52,411 nt of DNA from Chara braunii. Lineage: Eukaryota > Plantae > Charophyceae. The notes beneath the pieces were generated by a model. It was not told where the DNA came from, did not search any database, and saw nothing but the letters and a program-made list of their open reading frames with translations. Shown here in pieces: positions 1 through 12,539 of the stretch. Location of the stretch: positions 4,097,421 through 4,149,831 of the forward strand of contig BFEA01000045.1 of the NCBI GenBank assembly GCA_003427395.1. The letters are read 5' to 3'. A program made the position numbers and the translations under genes. How positions within the stretch are numbered: the stretch's first letter is position 1; every line of letters begins with the position of its first letter.

Positions 1-90
<90 letters not shown>

Positions 91-110
91 CGCGTGCGTG
101 CAGAATGCCA

Positions 111-146
<36 letters not shown>

Positions 147-183
147 TAATTTCTCTCTCTCTTTCTCTCTCCGTGTGATTTCC

Positions 184-219
<36 letters not shown>

Positions 220-220
220 C
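1..220. repeat. (CT)n microsatellite cluster ending in a short (CG)n run
   Basis: Directly visible dinucleotide runs. Confidence 0.95.
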
Positions 221-294
221 CGGTGAGGTGGCAGCCATGCTCTCTCAGTCTCTCGCGCCGGTGACGTGGCGGACATGCTCTCTCTTGCTATGCA

Positions 295-762
295 TGTTTG
301 TCCTCTGCAGTCTTCTTGATGTCGGAGCTGCCTCCTTCGTTCTCCTTCGCCGCCCTCCGGTTCTTTTCAATCCTTCTCGCCATGTCGAGTGCTAGCCAGC
401 ACTCTTCTTCGACTTCGGAGGCAGGAAGGGTGCGAGTTTTTTTTTTCTCTCTCGCAGCCTCCTCTTCCAGCGACCTTGGGTTGGCTTTCTCCCTCTCGAG
501 GTACCTCTCCGCCTCTCTATCCCGTTCCTTGTCCTTCTCCTCTTCCAGCCGTTGTCTCTCCTATTCCTCCATCCCTGCTTGCACCTCCCATGCGTACCTC
601 AGTTGCCATAGGTACCTGCCATGTGTGCACTCGGCTCCATGCACAACGTCCCTTCTAGAGAAGAGACTACCGTCTGGCCATCATATGCTGAACGGATTTA
701 TGGAGCCTCCGTGGCCACGGCTCTTGCTGTTCCTCGAGCTTGCCGTGTTGTCACGCACCATG
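295..762 (-). pseudogene. Decayed E/R/K-rich coding remnant of unknown, probably TE, origin
   Basis: The minus strand from ATG at ~762 reads MVRDNTASSRNSKSRGHGGSINPFSI*WPDG...QAGMEE*ERQRLEEEEKDKERDREAERYLEREKANPRSLEEEAAREKKK, with two in-frame stops. The + ORF 298-849 is its antisense shadow. Confidence 0.35.
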
Positions 763-778
763 GTGTTGTGGAGAGAGA

Positions 779-820
<42 letters not shown>

Positions 821-1074
821 GAGAGAGAGACAGAAAGAGTGTAGGATAGACACAGAGAGAGACAGAGCGATGGAGAGAGAAAGAGAGTGTAGGATAGAGA
901 CAGAGAGAGACAGAGAGAGACAGAGCGATGGAGAGAGAGGTGGGCTATGAAGCAGTAGCGTAGTGGAGTTCCACTTCACAGCAGCGTTGACGAGTTGGAG
1001 TTTGACATGCTCCATACTCGGATTGGTCAANGTTTTATACAGTAAACGTTGANCTGGCNCTTGCCCCGGGCTGG

Positions 1075-1272
1075 GCATTGACCTGATCTTNGGCCCAGGT
1101 TGACGTGAGTGTGGACCTGGGTCAGGTCAAATTTGTTCAGGTCAACATCAATTTTTTTTTGGGTCAGGTCAACATCAATTTTTTTCTGTTTATTATCCTG
1201 ATGTTGACCTGGTCCTGTAGTGGTCCTCGGTGCGTTCAAATTTGTTCTGTTTATTATCCTGATGTTGACCTG
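1075..1272. repeat. Short direct and inverted repeat cluster (foldback-like)
   Basis: CAGGTCAACATCAATTTTTTT occurs twice and TGTTTATTATCCTGATGTTGACCTG twice; GATGTTGACCTG is the reverse complement of CAGGTCAACATC. Confidence 0.75.
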
Positions 1273-1276
1273 TATA

Positions 1277-1455
1277 GATTCTTATCCGACAGGTCTACAG
1301 ATTGAACCCACGCTACCCATGGACGCTACGACAACCTATCATCTGTTACAACTACAGAGGTTGCGGGGTTCAACTCTACGGGCAGACACAGGTACTGTAC
1401 ACAGGTAAGGTTGGGGTCTAGGGATCGAACCTCGGGATCTGCAGCAGCTACTGCT
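1277..1455 (-). mobile_element. Fragment of LTR-like family A (5' part)
   Basis: Reverse complement aligns by eye to 48650-48830 (TGCAGATCCCG..GTT.GATCCC.AGACC ... ATCTGTAGACCTGTCG). Confidence 0.7.
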
Positions 1456-1548
1456 AACTGGTGCATACCGTTTCACTTGGGCATTGGGACCACTTTTAAT
1501 TTAAAAAAAAAAAAAAAAAAACTGCAATTTTGGCATTTGAGCAGACTA

Positions 1549-1862
1549 GGCCTGCAGGTGCAGGTCCACGCCCAGGTGGAGCCCCAAGTGCAGGCCCACG
1601 CCAAGGCCCACGTGCAGGTACACATGCACGCCCATGTGCAGGCCCCACTGCAAGTCCCAGCCGAGGTGCAAGCCCTGGCCCATGTACAAATGCAGGCGCA
1701 TGTATAGGTGCAGGCCCTCTGTGCAAGCCCAGGTGCATGCCCGCTGGGCCTACACCTGGGCCTGCACCTGGGCGTAGGTGCAGGCCCGCTGTGGAGACCC
1801 AGGTGTAGGCCCACGTGCATGTAGACACGGAGGCCCAGGTGCATGTAGACACGGAGACCCAA
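1549..1862. repeat. Degenerate GC-rich minisatellite (CAGGTGCAGGCC-type 12/24-bp units)
   Basis: Recurrent caggtgcaggcc/gcccaggtgca; this produces the QVQAH-rich ORFs. Confidence 0.8.
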
Positions 1863-2070
1863 CCACCACGCACCATTTTGCACGATCTTCTTGGCTTGAA
1901 TGATGTTTTTTTTTCTTTCTTCTTTGCATTCTTCTTTTCTTTCTCCTCTGTCTCTATCTATCTGTGTCTCTCTATCTCTCTCGCTCCTCTCTCCCTCTCT
2001 CTCTCTCTCTCTCTCTTTCTTTCTCCTTTTTTGTGTTTATCTATATGTGTTCCATTTGTTGGTTTGGGCG

Positions 2071-2143
<73 letters not shown>

Positions 2144-2146
<3 letters not shown>

Positions 2147-2165
2147 GGGCATTGCCCGCAGCTAG
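2144..2165 (+). mobile_element. Helitron-like 3' terminus (hairpin + CTAG)
   Basis: TGCGGGC-ATT-GCCCGCA hairpin followed by G-CTAG and then T. The hairpin-to-CTAG spacing is shorter than canonical. Confidence 0.5.
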
Positions 2166-2224
2166 TTATTATTATTTGTGAAATCAGACTCGTTTTCATT
2201 CACACCTCTCATACATGCAAACAT

Positions 2225-2870
2225 GTGCGCAGTAGACCGACGACAAGCGCCCACTCAGATCTCAGAGATATGGTAACCCAGAACATAGTTCAGATTCAAG
2301 TTTACTTCAATGGCTATGACGACTCAGCGCCCACACCACTTTCTCGGTTCGCATACACAGGATCACCCTAGATATCCTACACGCTTGCACACTGACACGC
2401 ACGCTGACTCATCCATGGCCGCTCAACCCTGCTGGCTGTGGCTGCGCAGCCTCTTCTTGCCCACTTCGTCTTCAGACTCACTGCAAACAACCCCGCACAA
2501 GTCACTGTAGCAGCGCTTCCGCATGGCTCACGCAGGAATGAAGGAATGATTGGGTGTTGTCTCTTGATTTATATTTCTGAAGCCCGATGATCTGGCCCAC
2601 TCCCATGCCCGTAGTGCATACAATCCCATGCGGTACTTGCTTGACTGGACCAGGACATACTGGGACGGGGATTGCTGACTCAGCACGGGTAGACTCCACC
2701 ACTGCCCACTTGCCTCTAGTCTGCTGTGATCAATGGTTGAGGGGTCGTTTCCGGATCTTCCGGAAGTTTGTGGATTTGCCCCTTCGGCTCTGTAGCAGCT
2801 ACGACCTTGACCTTTCAGGACTGTAGCAGCAACGATCTTGACCCACACGGGACAGACCTACGGTACGAGA
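2225..2870 (-). mobile_element. LTR-like family A copy
   Basis: Collinear reverse-complement similarity to 48800-49585, including the TATAAATCAAGA box (~2562-2573) and the GGTCAAGGTCGTAGCTGC repeats. Confidence 0.75.
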
Positions 2871-2889
2871 CCCGACGGCTACAGTGGTC

Positions 2890-3470
2890 TGCGATAGACA
2901 AGCGGACAGACAAAGACGGACAAACAAACAGACACCGACAGACGAACTGACAGGGGCAAAAATGGACAGACATATGCAGACACACAGATGGACAGACACA
3001 GACGAACACAAACTGGCAGACGAACAGACAAACAGACAAGGACCGACACAGACAGAAAACAGACATACAAACAGATAGTCAGACAGATTGTTTTGTCACA
3101 TCTCGACAAACTGTTTGTGCGTGTGTTGACCGGGTCTGCGTGCGAACAGACTGTCTATGAGTGTACAACCCGTGACTGCATGCAAACAAACTATCTGTGT
3201 GAAGACAAACTTCCTGTGTATGCAGACCGTGTCTGGATATGAACAGACTGTCAGAATGAGAATAGGTTATCTGTATGTGTGCAGACCGTGTCTGCATGTG
3301 AACAGACTGTCTAGGTGTCGACCGACTGTGTATCTGTGTGGGAATAAACTGTATCTGTGTGTGTGCAGACTGTATCTGCATGTGAACAGACTGTCTGTGT
3401 GTCGACAGACTATGTGTTGGTGTGAGAATAAACGGTGTCTGTGTGTGCACATGTTGTGTGTGTGTGGTCA
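2890..3470. repeat. GACA-rich and CAGACTGTCTGTGTG-type degenerate simple repeats
   Basis: Directly visible low-complexity repeats. Confidence 0.8.
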
Positions 3471-3559
3471 TATTCGCTATACAACCCCGGAAAGTGTGAC
3501 TGCGTCAGACTGATTCATCTGACTTTTTACAAACGCACACACATGGACCTACTAGCATT

Positions 3560-3900
3560 GACCCTACCTACTAATCTTTGACACAGCTCACTTCGTCTTT
3601 GGGCAATCTGCAAACCTCCGTAGCACGAGCCGCAGTGGCAGCGCTTCCGCATCCTTATTTATACTTGGTTTTGACTTCGTTCATCGATGGCGCCTGAGCC
3701 CAGGGGATGCACAATTCAACTTTGCACTACTGACTAGACCAGGTAGGCAACAGGACTGGGAACCGCTGACTGGACTAGGTAAGACTGCCCACTTGACCGC
3801 TTGCCTACAAACCTGCAGTTCAAGCTCACACGAGTTAACTGATACGGTATGTGGGTAAGGGCGAGACCCGGGATCGATCCTGGGAACTGTGTCTACCACC
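3560..3900 (-). mobile_element. Diverged relative of LTR-like family A
   Basis: Shares GCAGCGCTTCCGCAT, the TTTATA (TATA on -) box and ACTGCCCACTTG with the 2225-2870 copy. Confidence 0.5.
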
Positions 3901-4549
3901 GTACAAGTGATACCCGTTTCAACTGTATCACTATCCGAGGAAGAGAGGAAGAGAGAAAGAGAGAGATAAGAGAGTTGATGATGTAGGGACACGTACCTGG
4001 TCTGGCGGCAGTCTGCTTGAGCATCGATATCTTGTAGTTCAATCTTCAGTTGTTGAGTGACTCTAGTTATGCATTGAAGTCTAATCTAGTATAGGTATCA
4101 GTTATAGGTTGGGTGTCATATCAAAAGTGGGACATTGTATTTATTGTTGAGATTGGAGAAAGATGGTGCAGGACACTACATCAGGGTTCATTGTTATGTT
4201 TTTATCTGACTCTACTTATTGTTTGATACACGACTATCAGGTTTACAGTGTGGAAATGCTTTATGGATTTCTGTACAGCGCTCTCGCTCCGATTCCATGC
4301 ACTAACACGTTTGATGAGTAAGCATGAGCGACAGTAAGAAGGGATTAAAATAAGCACAGATAGAGGGAAAGGAGAGAATAAGAGAAAATGAGGATGAACG
4401 GAGAAGAGAGAGAATGGGATTGAAGAGGAAAGAGAGAGAGAACCAGGAGAAAAACTACATACTTACATTGCCGATTTTTTGCCTCCTACTGTAATTGTAT
4501 TAAACCGGAATAATAGTTTGTATACATTCGTTACGTCAACATTGTTGCC

Positions 4550-6038
<1,489 letters not shown>

Positions 6039-6050
<12 letters not shown>

Positions 6051-7250
6051 GGGGTCGTCACACCGTTGCATGAGCTGACTAAGATGGGTGACGGGGTACT
6101 CGCCGTCCAAAGTTACCCTGCCATTCATCTTACTAGAATGACAATTTGATGAAATGTCTGTTTGATTTCGGCGTTGGTAACAAGAAGGCGCCGTGCGTCT
6201 TCTCTATTGACTTACAGGCTAGATCTAAGAGATAATCCGGTACTCCCGTGGGGTACATATCTTCAATGACTAATAGAAGCGAAGGTAGTAGGAGGCTCCT
6301 GTGAGGCTCTCCTATCGATGATCTGACCAGACTTAGAAAAATACTCACCGTGTGAGTACACGAACTCCCAAGTCTGGGACGGTCTGTCCGACTTCCCGTA
6401 GGAGACGGCATACCTTTTGCTCATTTACGACGCATGGTCACGGTAGATGAACGATCAGAATGACTCGACCATGAGTTGTTTGACTGATCTCCTACACATC
6501 GAACTAGTAGTAGAATAACTCCCGGGAGAATTACCCTAATACTTGTTTGATCTAGGGATCGACTTACGGGGGCAAAAAAATGAGGTGATTGTATTTGGGC
6601 AGTAGAGGGGTGCTCCCGGGTGAGTAACCCTACTACTTGTTTGAGTATAATTGATGGATGGCATGATTGATTACGAACAGCCTATCTATTTAACATTGAA
6701 GCAGGAAATGGGAGGCTCCCATGGGGTCATCCTATTGTTTGCTTGACTTTATCTTAACAGGTCTGATAAGATACTCCAACAAAGGGAGGATCTGGTGTTC
6801 GCCTGAGGCTACTAACTTAATCCTTGCTCGTATGACTCTAAGGAAGTAATAGGGTGACTTCCGTAGGGTCATCCTATTACACCTTTTGAGGATAGGTTGT
6901 GTTTTAATCAAGGAGTAATGGGAGGCTTCCGTGAAGACTACCTATTACTAACTTGAATTTCCTACTGACACCTGGATCCGGAATGTTTTCTGAATGATGG
7001 GTCAAGTGTTGAGACGGTTCAACATAGGCCTCCTAACCACTTGTTTTAACTAATAAGGGGGGGTGCTCTCATATAAATTATCCGATCGCTTCCATAAGGT
7101 TGATTAAACTAATTGTTTGCCTAAGGACTACATGGACATTGAAGGGTGGTTGACTGCTCCCGTGGGGCGGCTCGACTACTCATTTGATTAACCAAATGTC
7201 TGAAATCGAAGTAGTGGAAGATTCCCGGGTGAATCAACCCACTACTTACG
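6039..7250 (+). repeat. Dispersed array of a degenerate ~35-bp motif separated by dissimilar spacers
   Basis: Consensus is roughly GGAGGCTCCCGTGGGGTCATCCTATTACTTGTTTGA. Clear copies are near 6039, 6239, 6291, 6515, 6607, 6710, 6852, 6920, 7152 and 7216. Confidence 0.65.
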
Positions 7251-8404
7251 TATGTCAGGACAAGAAGAAAAGAAAGGGAAAAGAAGTGCTTCAGCGGGAG
7301 TGACTCCAAATGTCCTAAAAAGAAGCAGAATAAGAGGCAAGTACCGCGGGGAAAAAAAAATAGAAAAGAAGAAGCACCACGTGGCCTCGGTTCATTAATA
7401 ACCTCCTCAGGGAGAAACTGCCAATGGCATGAGTTGATCTCAGCCGGACGACACCATAAGCACCAAAGGGTGTGCTTATTCGCAGGAGAGAAAAAGAAGG
7501 ACTGAGAGTAGGGGAAATATGAGTTTCAGTAAGATAACTTAGGACATAGGCAAGAAACTCCTTCAACAAAAGGAGGAAGACTGACAGACGACACAGGGTA
7601 GGTAGAAGCTAAGGAGTTAGACTTTTGGATGTTGATCCCATAACTCACAGACCAGATCTAAGGGCTTGACCCTTGGATATCAATAAGTGAAAAATCGAGT
7701 GGGGTGTTGAATCTTTGTTGACCTGTGTGTGTGCAGGTCTCTGTTGTGATCTACTCCAATTGAAGGAGAAGTCCTACAAAGAGGACTCAATTTTTATGTT
7801 ATCTCTCGATAACAGGTCGGTCGTTGCCGATTCAACTTTTCCCCTTTTGACTTGATATCCACGTCTAAAGTCAAACCCTGTGGTCAGTAAAACTATCACC
7901 TGTGGTCATTGCCTAAGTGGTCCTAGTCACTCTCAAGGGTCCTTTGAAGAAAAGTGAGGGGGTTGGGCTTACGTCTCAGGAAAGATAAAGCTGGCATACA
8001 TGGTTTGGGAAGTGAGGGACAGGTGTGGATTGATGGTTGACGTCGTTAGTGCATGCATGACATGTCAACTGTCTTTGCATCATTCTGTGTAGGTTTGTTA
8101 TGTTCGTGGGTTTAGATTGAACTGAACCTGATCTGTTGAAGAGTCTTCGATGCACAACACTTGTGAAAGTGGGAAGGGTTCTCGGCAGTAATACCTCCAT
8201 ATTCATTTATCAGTCTTATATAACTTCTATGTTATCTGATGTTCAGTCATATGTTGAGTAAAATAAAATGTTTTTGGTAGTGACATGATTTGATTGGTAC
8301 TTTGATCGTAGTGGTTAGAAGAATAATATGTTTTTGAAGCAGAAGCGAAAATAGGCGGCCTTCTGAAAGTTCGACCTGAATATCTAACGGGTCAGTTTTA
8401 TGCG

Positions 8405-8672
8405 TCTTACCTCGCGTACCCCGTTTTGTGCTACATCGATTGAAAAAACGTCATCGGTCGACCTACCTCTACAAAGGCATGTAAAAGTCTTCGCATGTGG
8501 GTCGGTAGCTCAGCAGGGATACGCCTACCTGAGGGTGGTGACAGCCCCTTGGGTAGTGGTAAGCTGTACCTCGTGATGTCCCGACCTGTCACAGGGCGTT
8601 GTAAGAGGAATAGCACGAGCGCACGGTCGGAGTGGTGACTGGTTCTTCTCAGACAAAACATCCTGCGTGACA
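8405..8672 (-). mobile_element. LTR-retrotransposon terminal segment (family B), likely LTR 5' end TGTCACG on -
   Basis: Similar to 33908-34174 (ACCTCGCGTACCCC, TCGGTAGCTC.GC.GGGATAC, AGGGTGGTGACA.CCCCTTGG). Similarity in both copies ends at ATCCTGCGT. Confidence 0.6.
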
Positions 8673-8729
8673 CGACCGTGAGGTTCAGCGCTCCCCCTCA
8701 GGGCGCGGGACCGCCGCGCCCGACACCGT

Positions 8730-9160
8730 GCACTATGTGTCTGTGCACTGTGTCACAATGTGACTGTCACTGTGAATGTGTGTTGCAGCGTCTGTGTATG
8801 TATAACTGTCTGTTTTTGTTGTGTATGTGCGTGTGTCACAGTGTGATTGTGTCTGTGTGTTCACTGTGTCTGTGTATCTCGTGTCACCGTCTATGTTACA
8901 CTATGTACCTGTGTGATTTTACTGTGTCCGTCACCGTGACTGTGTGTCTGTGCACTATGTATGTGATTGTGCACTATGTATGTGAATGCGCACTGTGTGT
9001 CTGAGTGTCACTGTGTGACTGTGTCACTATGTGTCAATATATTTATGTATGTATCACAGTGTTTGTGCGTGTGTCAGAATGTATGTGTGTCACGGTCCGT
9101 ACGTCTGTCTGTTTGTCTGTCTGTCTGGCGTTTTCTGTTTGTTTGTTTGTTTGTTTGTTT
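8730..9160. repeat. TG-rich degenerate simple repeat
   Basis: tgtcactgtgtg, tgtc and tgtt units. Confidence 0.8.
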
Positions 9161-9520
9161 GTTAGTCGTAGGTCCGGTGTAGGGGTTTGATCTGTAGGTT
9201 TGTCAAGTAGGGGTCAAGGTCGTAGTAGAGGTCGTAGCTGCCACAGTCCTGAAAAGGTCAAGGTCGTAGGTGTTGTAGTCCTGAAAGGTAAAGGTCGTAG
9301 CTGCCTCAATATCGAACGGCCAAATCCATGTAGTTCTGAAAGGTCCGGAAGTGGTCTTTCAAATGTTGCTCACAACGGACCAGAGGCCAGTGGGCAAGCG
9401 GTGGAGTCCACCCCTGCTGAGTCAACGGTACCCAGTACCAGTCTCACTTAGCCCAGTTAGCAAGTACGATGCGGGACTATGTGCAGCAAGGCCCGGTGGA
9501 AAAAGGGGCAGACTAGCAAC
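9150..9520 (+). mobile_element. LTR-like family A partial copy
   Basis: Collinear with 48760-49170 (GGTCAAGGTCGTAG repeats, AAGGTCCGGAAGTGG, AGTGGGCAAG, GCAAGTAC, GGGGCAGAC). Confidence 0.75.
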
Positions 9521-9707
9521 GAAAATAAATAAAAGAAATAAGATTAAAAAGCAATCTAACTACTAACTATCTCATTGTGTCAACTGTCACAACGGGCTTT
9601 AACTGCACCTAACTCTAATATTGAAGTCACGGGTTCGAGCCTCGTGTGTCCGAAGGCGGGGTAAAAATGTTTGTGTGAGCTCTTAACAAAAAGAGCTAGC
9701 TCTTGGG

Positions 9708-10145
9708 GTCACAAGCAGTTATTGGGTAGCTGAAAATTCGGGAATAAAAATTATGAAGTGAGAGTTTTTGGCAGTCTGAAAATCTTGAATGGTCCTGAAG
9801 TGGTGAAAGGTCCGACGACCCTGAAAAACATCTGTTTAGACAGCCTGAATCCTGAAGTGGTGAAGGGTGTCCTGAAGTGGTCCAGTGAGAGTTTTGGACA
9901 GTCTGAAAATCCTGAATGGTCGTGAAGTGCTGAAAGGTCCGAAGACCATGAAAACCACCTTCACCACTTGAGGATACAGCCTACCTAAACATGTGGTTTT
10001 CAGGGTCTTCGGCGTTTTCACCACTTCAGGACCATTGAGGATTTTCAGACATGAATGGTCCTGAAGTGGTGAAAGGTCCGAAGACCCTGAAAACCACCTG
10101 TTTAGGCAGACTGCATCCTGAAGTGGTGAAGGGTGTCCTGTAGTG
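9708..10145. repeat. CCTGAAGTGGTGAAAGG repeat block with an internal inversion; direct copy at 11285-11525
   Basis: ~130-bp units; 9957-10050 is inverted (CCTTCACCACTT...CACCACTTCAGGACCATT). The same block recurs ~1578 bp downstream. Confidence 0.85.
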
Positions 10146-10489
10146 GTGATGAAAAATACGACCGTTGTTAACCTTCTCTCACTTTGTCGGCAGTCCGGAA
10201 CCCACGAAGGCGCTGGGGCATACCGAGAAGAGGGCCGCAAAGTATTTAAGCCCAACTGGGCCTAGGATCAGGACACTTCCATGATACATACTTCGCACAT
10301 GCGCACATGAAGGCGCCCGAGAGGAGCTGGAGTTTTGGGGGTGAGCGCTTGCAGGCGTACAGACTCCCACATGCGTACTTACAAGAGCACAGGAGGAGCT
10401 AAGGAGACTTGGGGACTGTCGCATGAGGGGGCACTACGGGAGCACCAGAAGAGAGGTAAGAGGAGAGTGATACACGTGGCAGTCATAGC

Positions 10490-11040
10490 CACGCGCACAA
10501 ACGCACGATCGGGACTGCGTGCGTACGGCTGCGCGTACACACACACGGGCACGTGCGATGGGGATCGGGATTCGCGCGGTTGTGCACACACGCGCACGAG
10601 CGCGCACGATAGGGATAGGTCCTACGCGGCTACACGCGCACGGGCACGGGCACGCGCAAACGGGATCGGGACTAGCGTGACTGTGCGCACACGTGCACGG
10701 GGGCAGCGATCGGTATCGGCACTCGCGAGGCTGCGTGCACACACATCCGGGCGCACACGATCGGGATAGGCCCACGCAACTACACACACACGCGCATGGG
10801 CGCGCACGATCAGGATCTGGACTAGCACGACTATGCGCACATGCGCACGGGAGCACCGAACGAGATAGGGACTCTCGCGGTTGTGCGCACACGTGCACGG
10901 GCGCACACGATAGGGATAGGCCCCGTGCGGCTACACACACATGCGCACGGGGGTGCACGATCGGGATCGGGACTCGCGCAACTGCACGCGTGCGGCTACA
11001 CTCACACTTGCAGCAGCTCGCGCGATCGGGATCGAGACTC
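10490..11040. repeat. ~50-bp CG-rich minisatellite with ~150-bp trimeric higher order
   Basis: GCACGATCGGGATCGGGACT-like heads occur every ~50 bp. The GATAGG(T/C)CC variant recurs at ~10614, 10765 and 10915. Confidence 0.8.
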
Positions 11041-11284
11041 AGGTTTTTGCAATTGACACAACGACGACATCAGCTACCAGGATGGGGCCAGTCCGAAGTT
11101 CAAGGCGCGTACGTCTTTAGCGTGACACTTAAAATGATGTCCTCGACCTTTGAGGTTGGGCAAATCGGTGAGAAAATTTCGAGAGTATGCACGCGCGTTG
11201 TTATGACGTGCGTTGTAATGGTTAGGATCAATAGTAATACCCTCCGACCGACAAAGGTCAAGGGGTTGATTAGGTTAGTGTTGT

Positions 11285-11522
11285 GTCCTCAAGCGGTTAT
11301 CGGGTAGCTGAAAATTCAAGAATGAAAATTCTGAAGTGAGAGTTTTTGGCAGTCTAAAAATCCAGAATGGCCCTGAAGTGGTGAAAGGTCCGAAGACCCT
11401 GAAAACCACCTGTTTAGGTAGGTTGCATCCTGAAGTGGTGAAGGGTGTCATGAAGTGGTTAAGTGAGAGTTTTGGGCAATATGAAAATCATGAATGGTCT
11501 TGAAGTGGTGAAAGGTCTGAAG

Positions 11523-11525
<3 letters not shown>
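11285..11525 (+). repeat. Second copy of the CCTGAAGTGGTG repeat block
   Basis: GGGTAGCTGAAAATTC...AAGTGAGAGTTTTTGGCAGTCT is shared with 9724 onward. Confidence 0.85.
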
Positions 11526-11598
<73 letters not shown>

Positions 11599-11628
11599 CG
11601 CGCGCGCGCGCGCGCGCGCACACACACA

Positions 11629-11667
<39 letters not shown>

Positions 11668-11673
11668 GCACAC
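11525..11673. repeat. Compound (CT)n(CG)n(CA)n microsatellite
   Basis: Directly visible, with ~18 uninterrupted CG dinucleotides at ~11583-11619. Confidence 0.95.
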
Positions 11674-12539
11674 ATCCTCCATATTTTTCGAGCAATCCGA
11701 TGTCGTCTCAGCGCCCCGTAGTCACGCCTTTGTGTGTGCCGCCATGTTTGCTATAGACACTCAAAACAAAAAATCAATGACTTTGCCAGACTGTTCTGTC
11801 AGACTTTCGACATGTGTTTGTGGCACGTGCATATGTGTGTTTGTATTGTCCTATTTGTATGTGTGTGTATGAGAGTGTGTTTGTGTTAGGGTTGGTGGAG
11901 CAGGGTGTGTATGCGTGTGCGGTGCACAAGGTCAAAAACAGAAAAACGGCACAGGCCTGGCAAAGTTGGATGATGATGCGTCTCAAGGTTGTGGCCCGTT
12001 AAGCCACGTCCTTCACGACATCAAATAAAATTGCATGGATAAGCATGCCCCTTACGCAAGGATGATACTCATACATTGTGAAATGGTTCAAATGGGGCCT
12101 CCCTCCACTGCAAATATTCTACATCATACTTCCAGCGCATTACGTGCGTGCGACCTGCGCACATGATGCGACATATTACTTTGATTTTAAAAAAATAAAA
12201 AATCCGAAAGGACAGGGTGGGATCGCCAAACATGCCCCTCCCTTCTAAAAACAAACTCAAGAGGGAAAGAAATTGGAGTCACATCAAACCCAAAAACTGT
12301 GTCTGCATGTCCTAATTGTGTCCAGCCTCTTTTCAGAAGGGGCCTTACAACGAATGAGCAAGGACCCATCACAAAGTAGAGGAATGCGTTCAACTTCCAG
12401 TTCTGCATGAGTGGGTCGAGGTATATAGTCCGGATTCGAATCAGGTCTGTGTATCAACGCTTATGGGTTTTTTACTCAGTCGGGCTCTCTTGCTCTCTGC
12501 ACGTGTTTCTACGTTTTTTTGTTTTCCTTTGCTTATAAC

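Noticed and set aside
950-1030. hAT transposase fragment (KLQLVNAAVKWNSTT on -)
   Set aside because: It resembles the TRWNS motif only weakly and has no supporting flanking sequence.
9600-9650. tRNA gene (GTCACGGGTTCGAGCCTCGTG T-arm-like)
   Set aside because: No acceptor stem or D-arm/A-box could be built; at most a SINE-like remnant.
10335-11307. R/A/H-rich ORFs
   Set aside because: Translations of the CG-rich 50-bp minisatellite, which is open in several frames on both strands.
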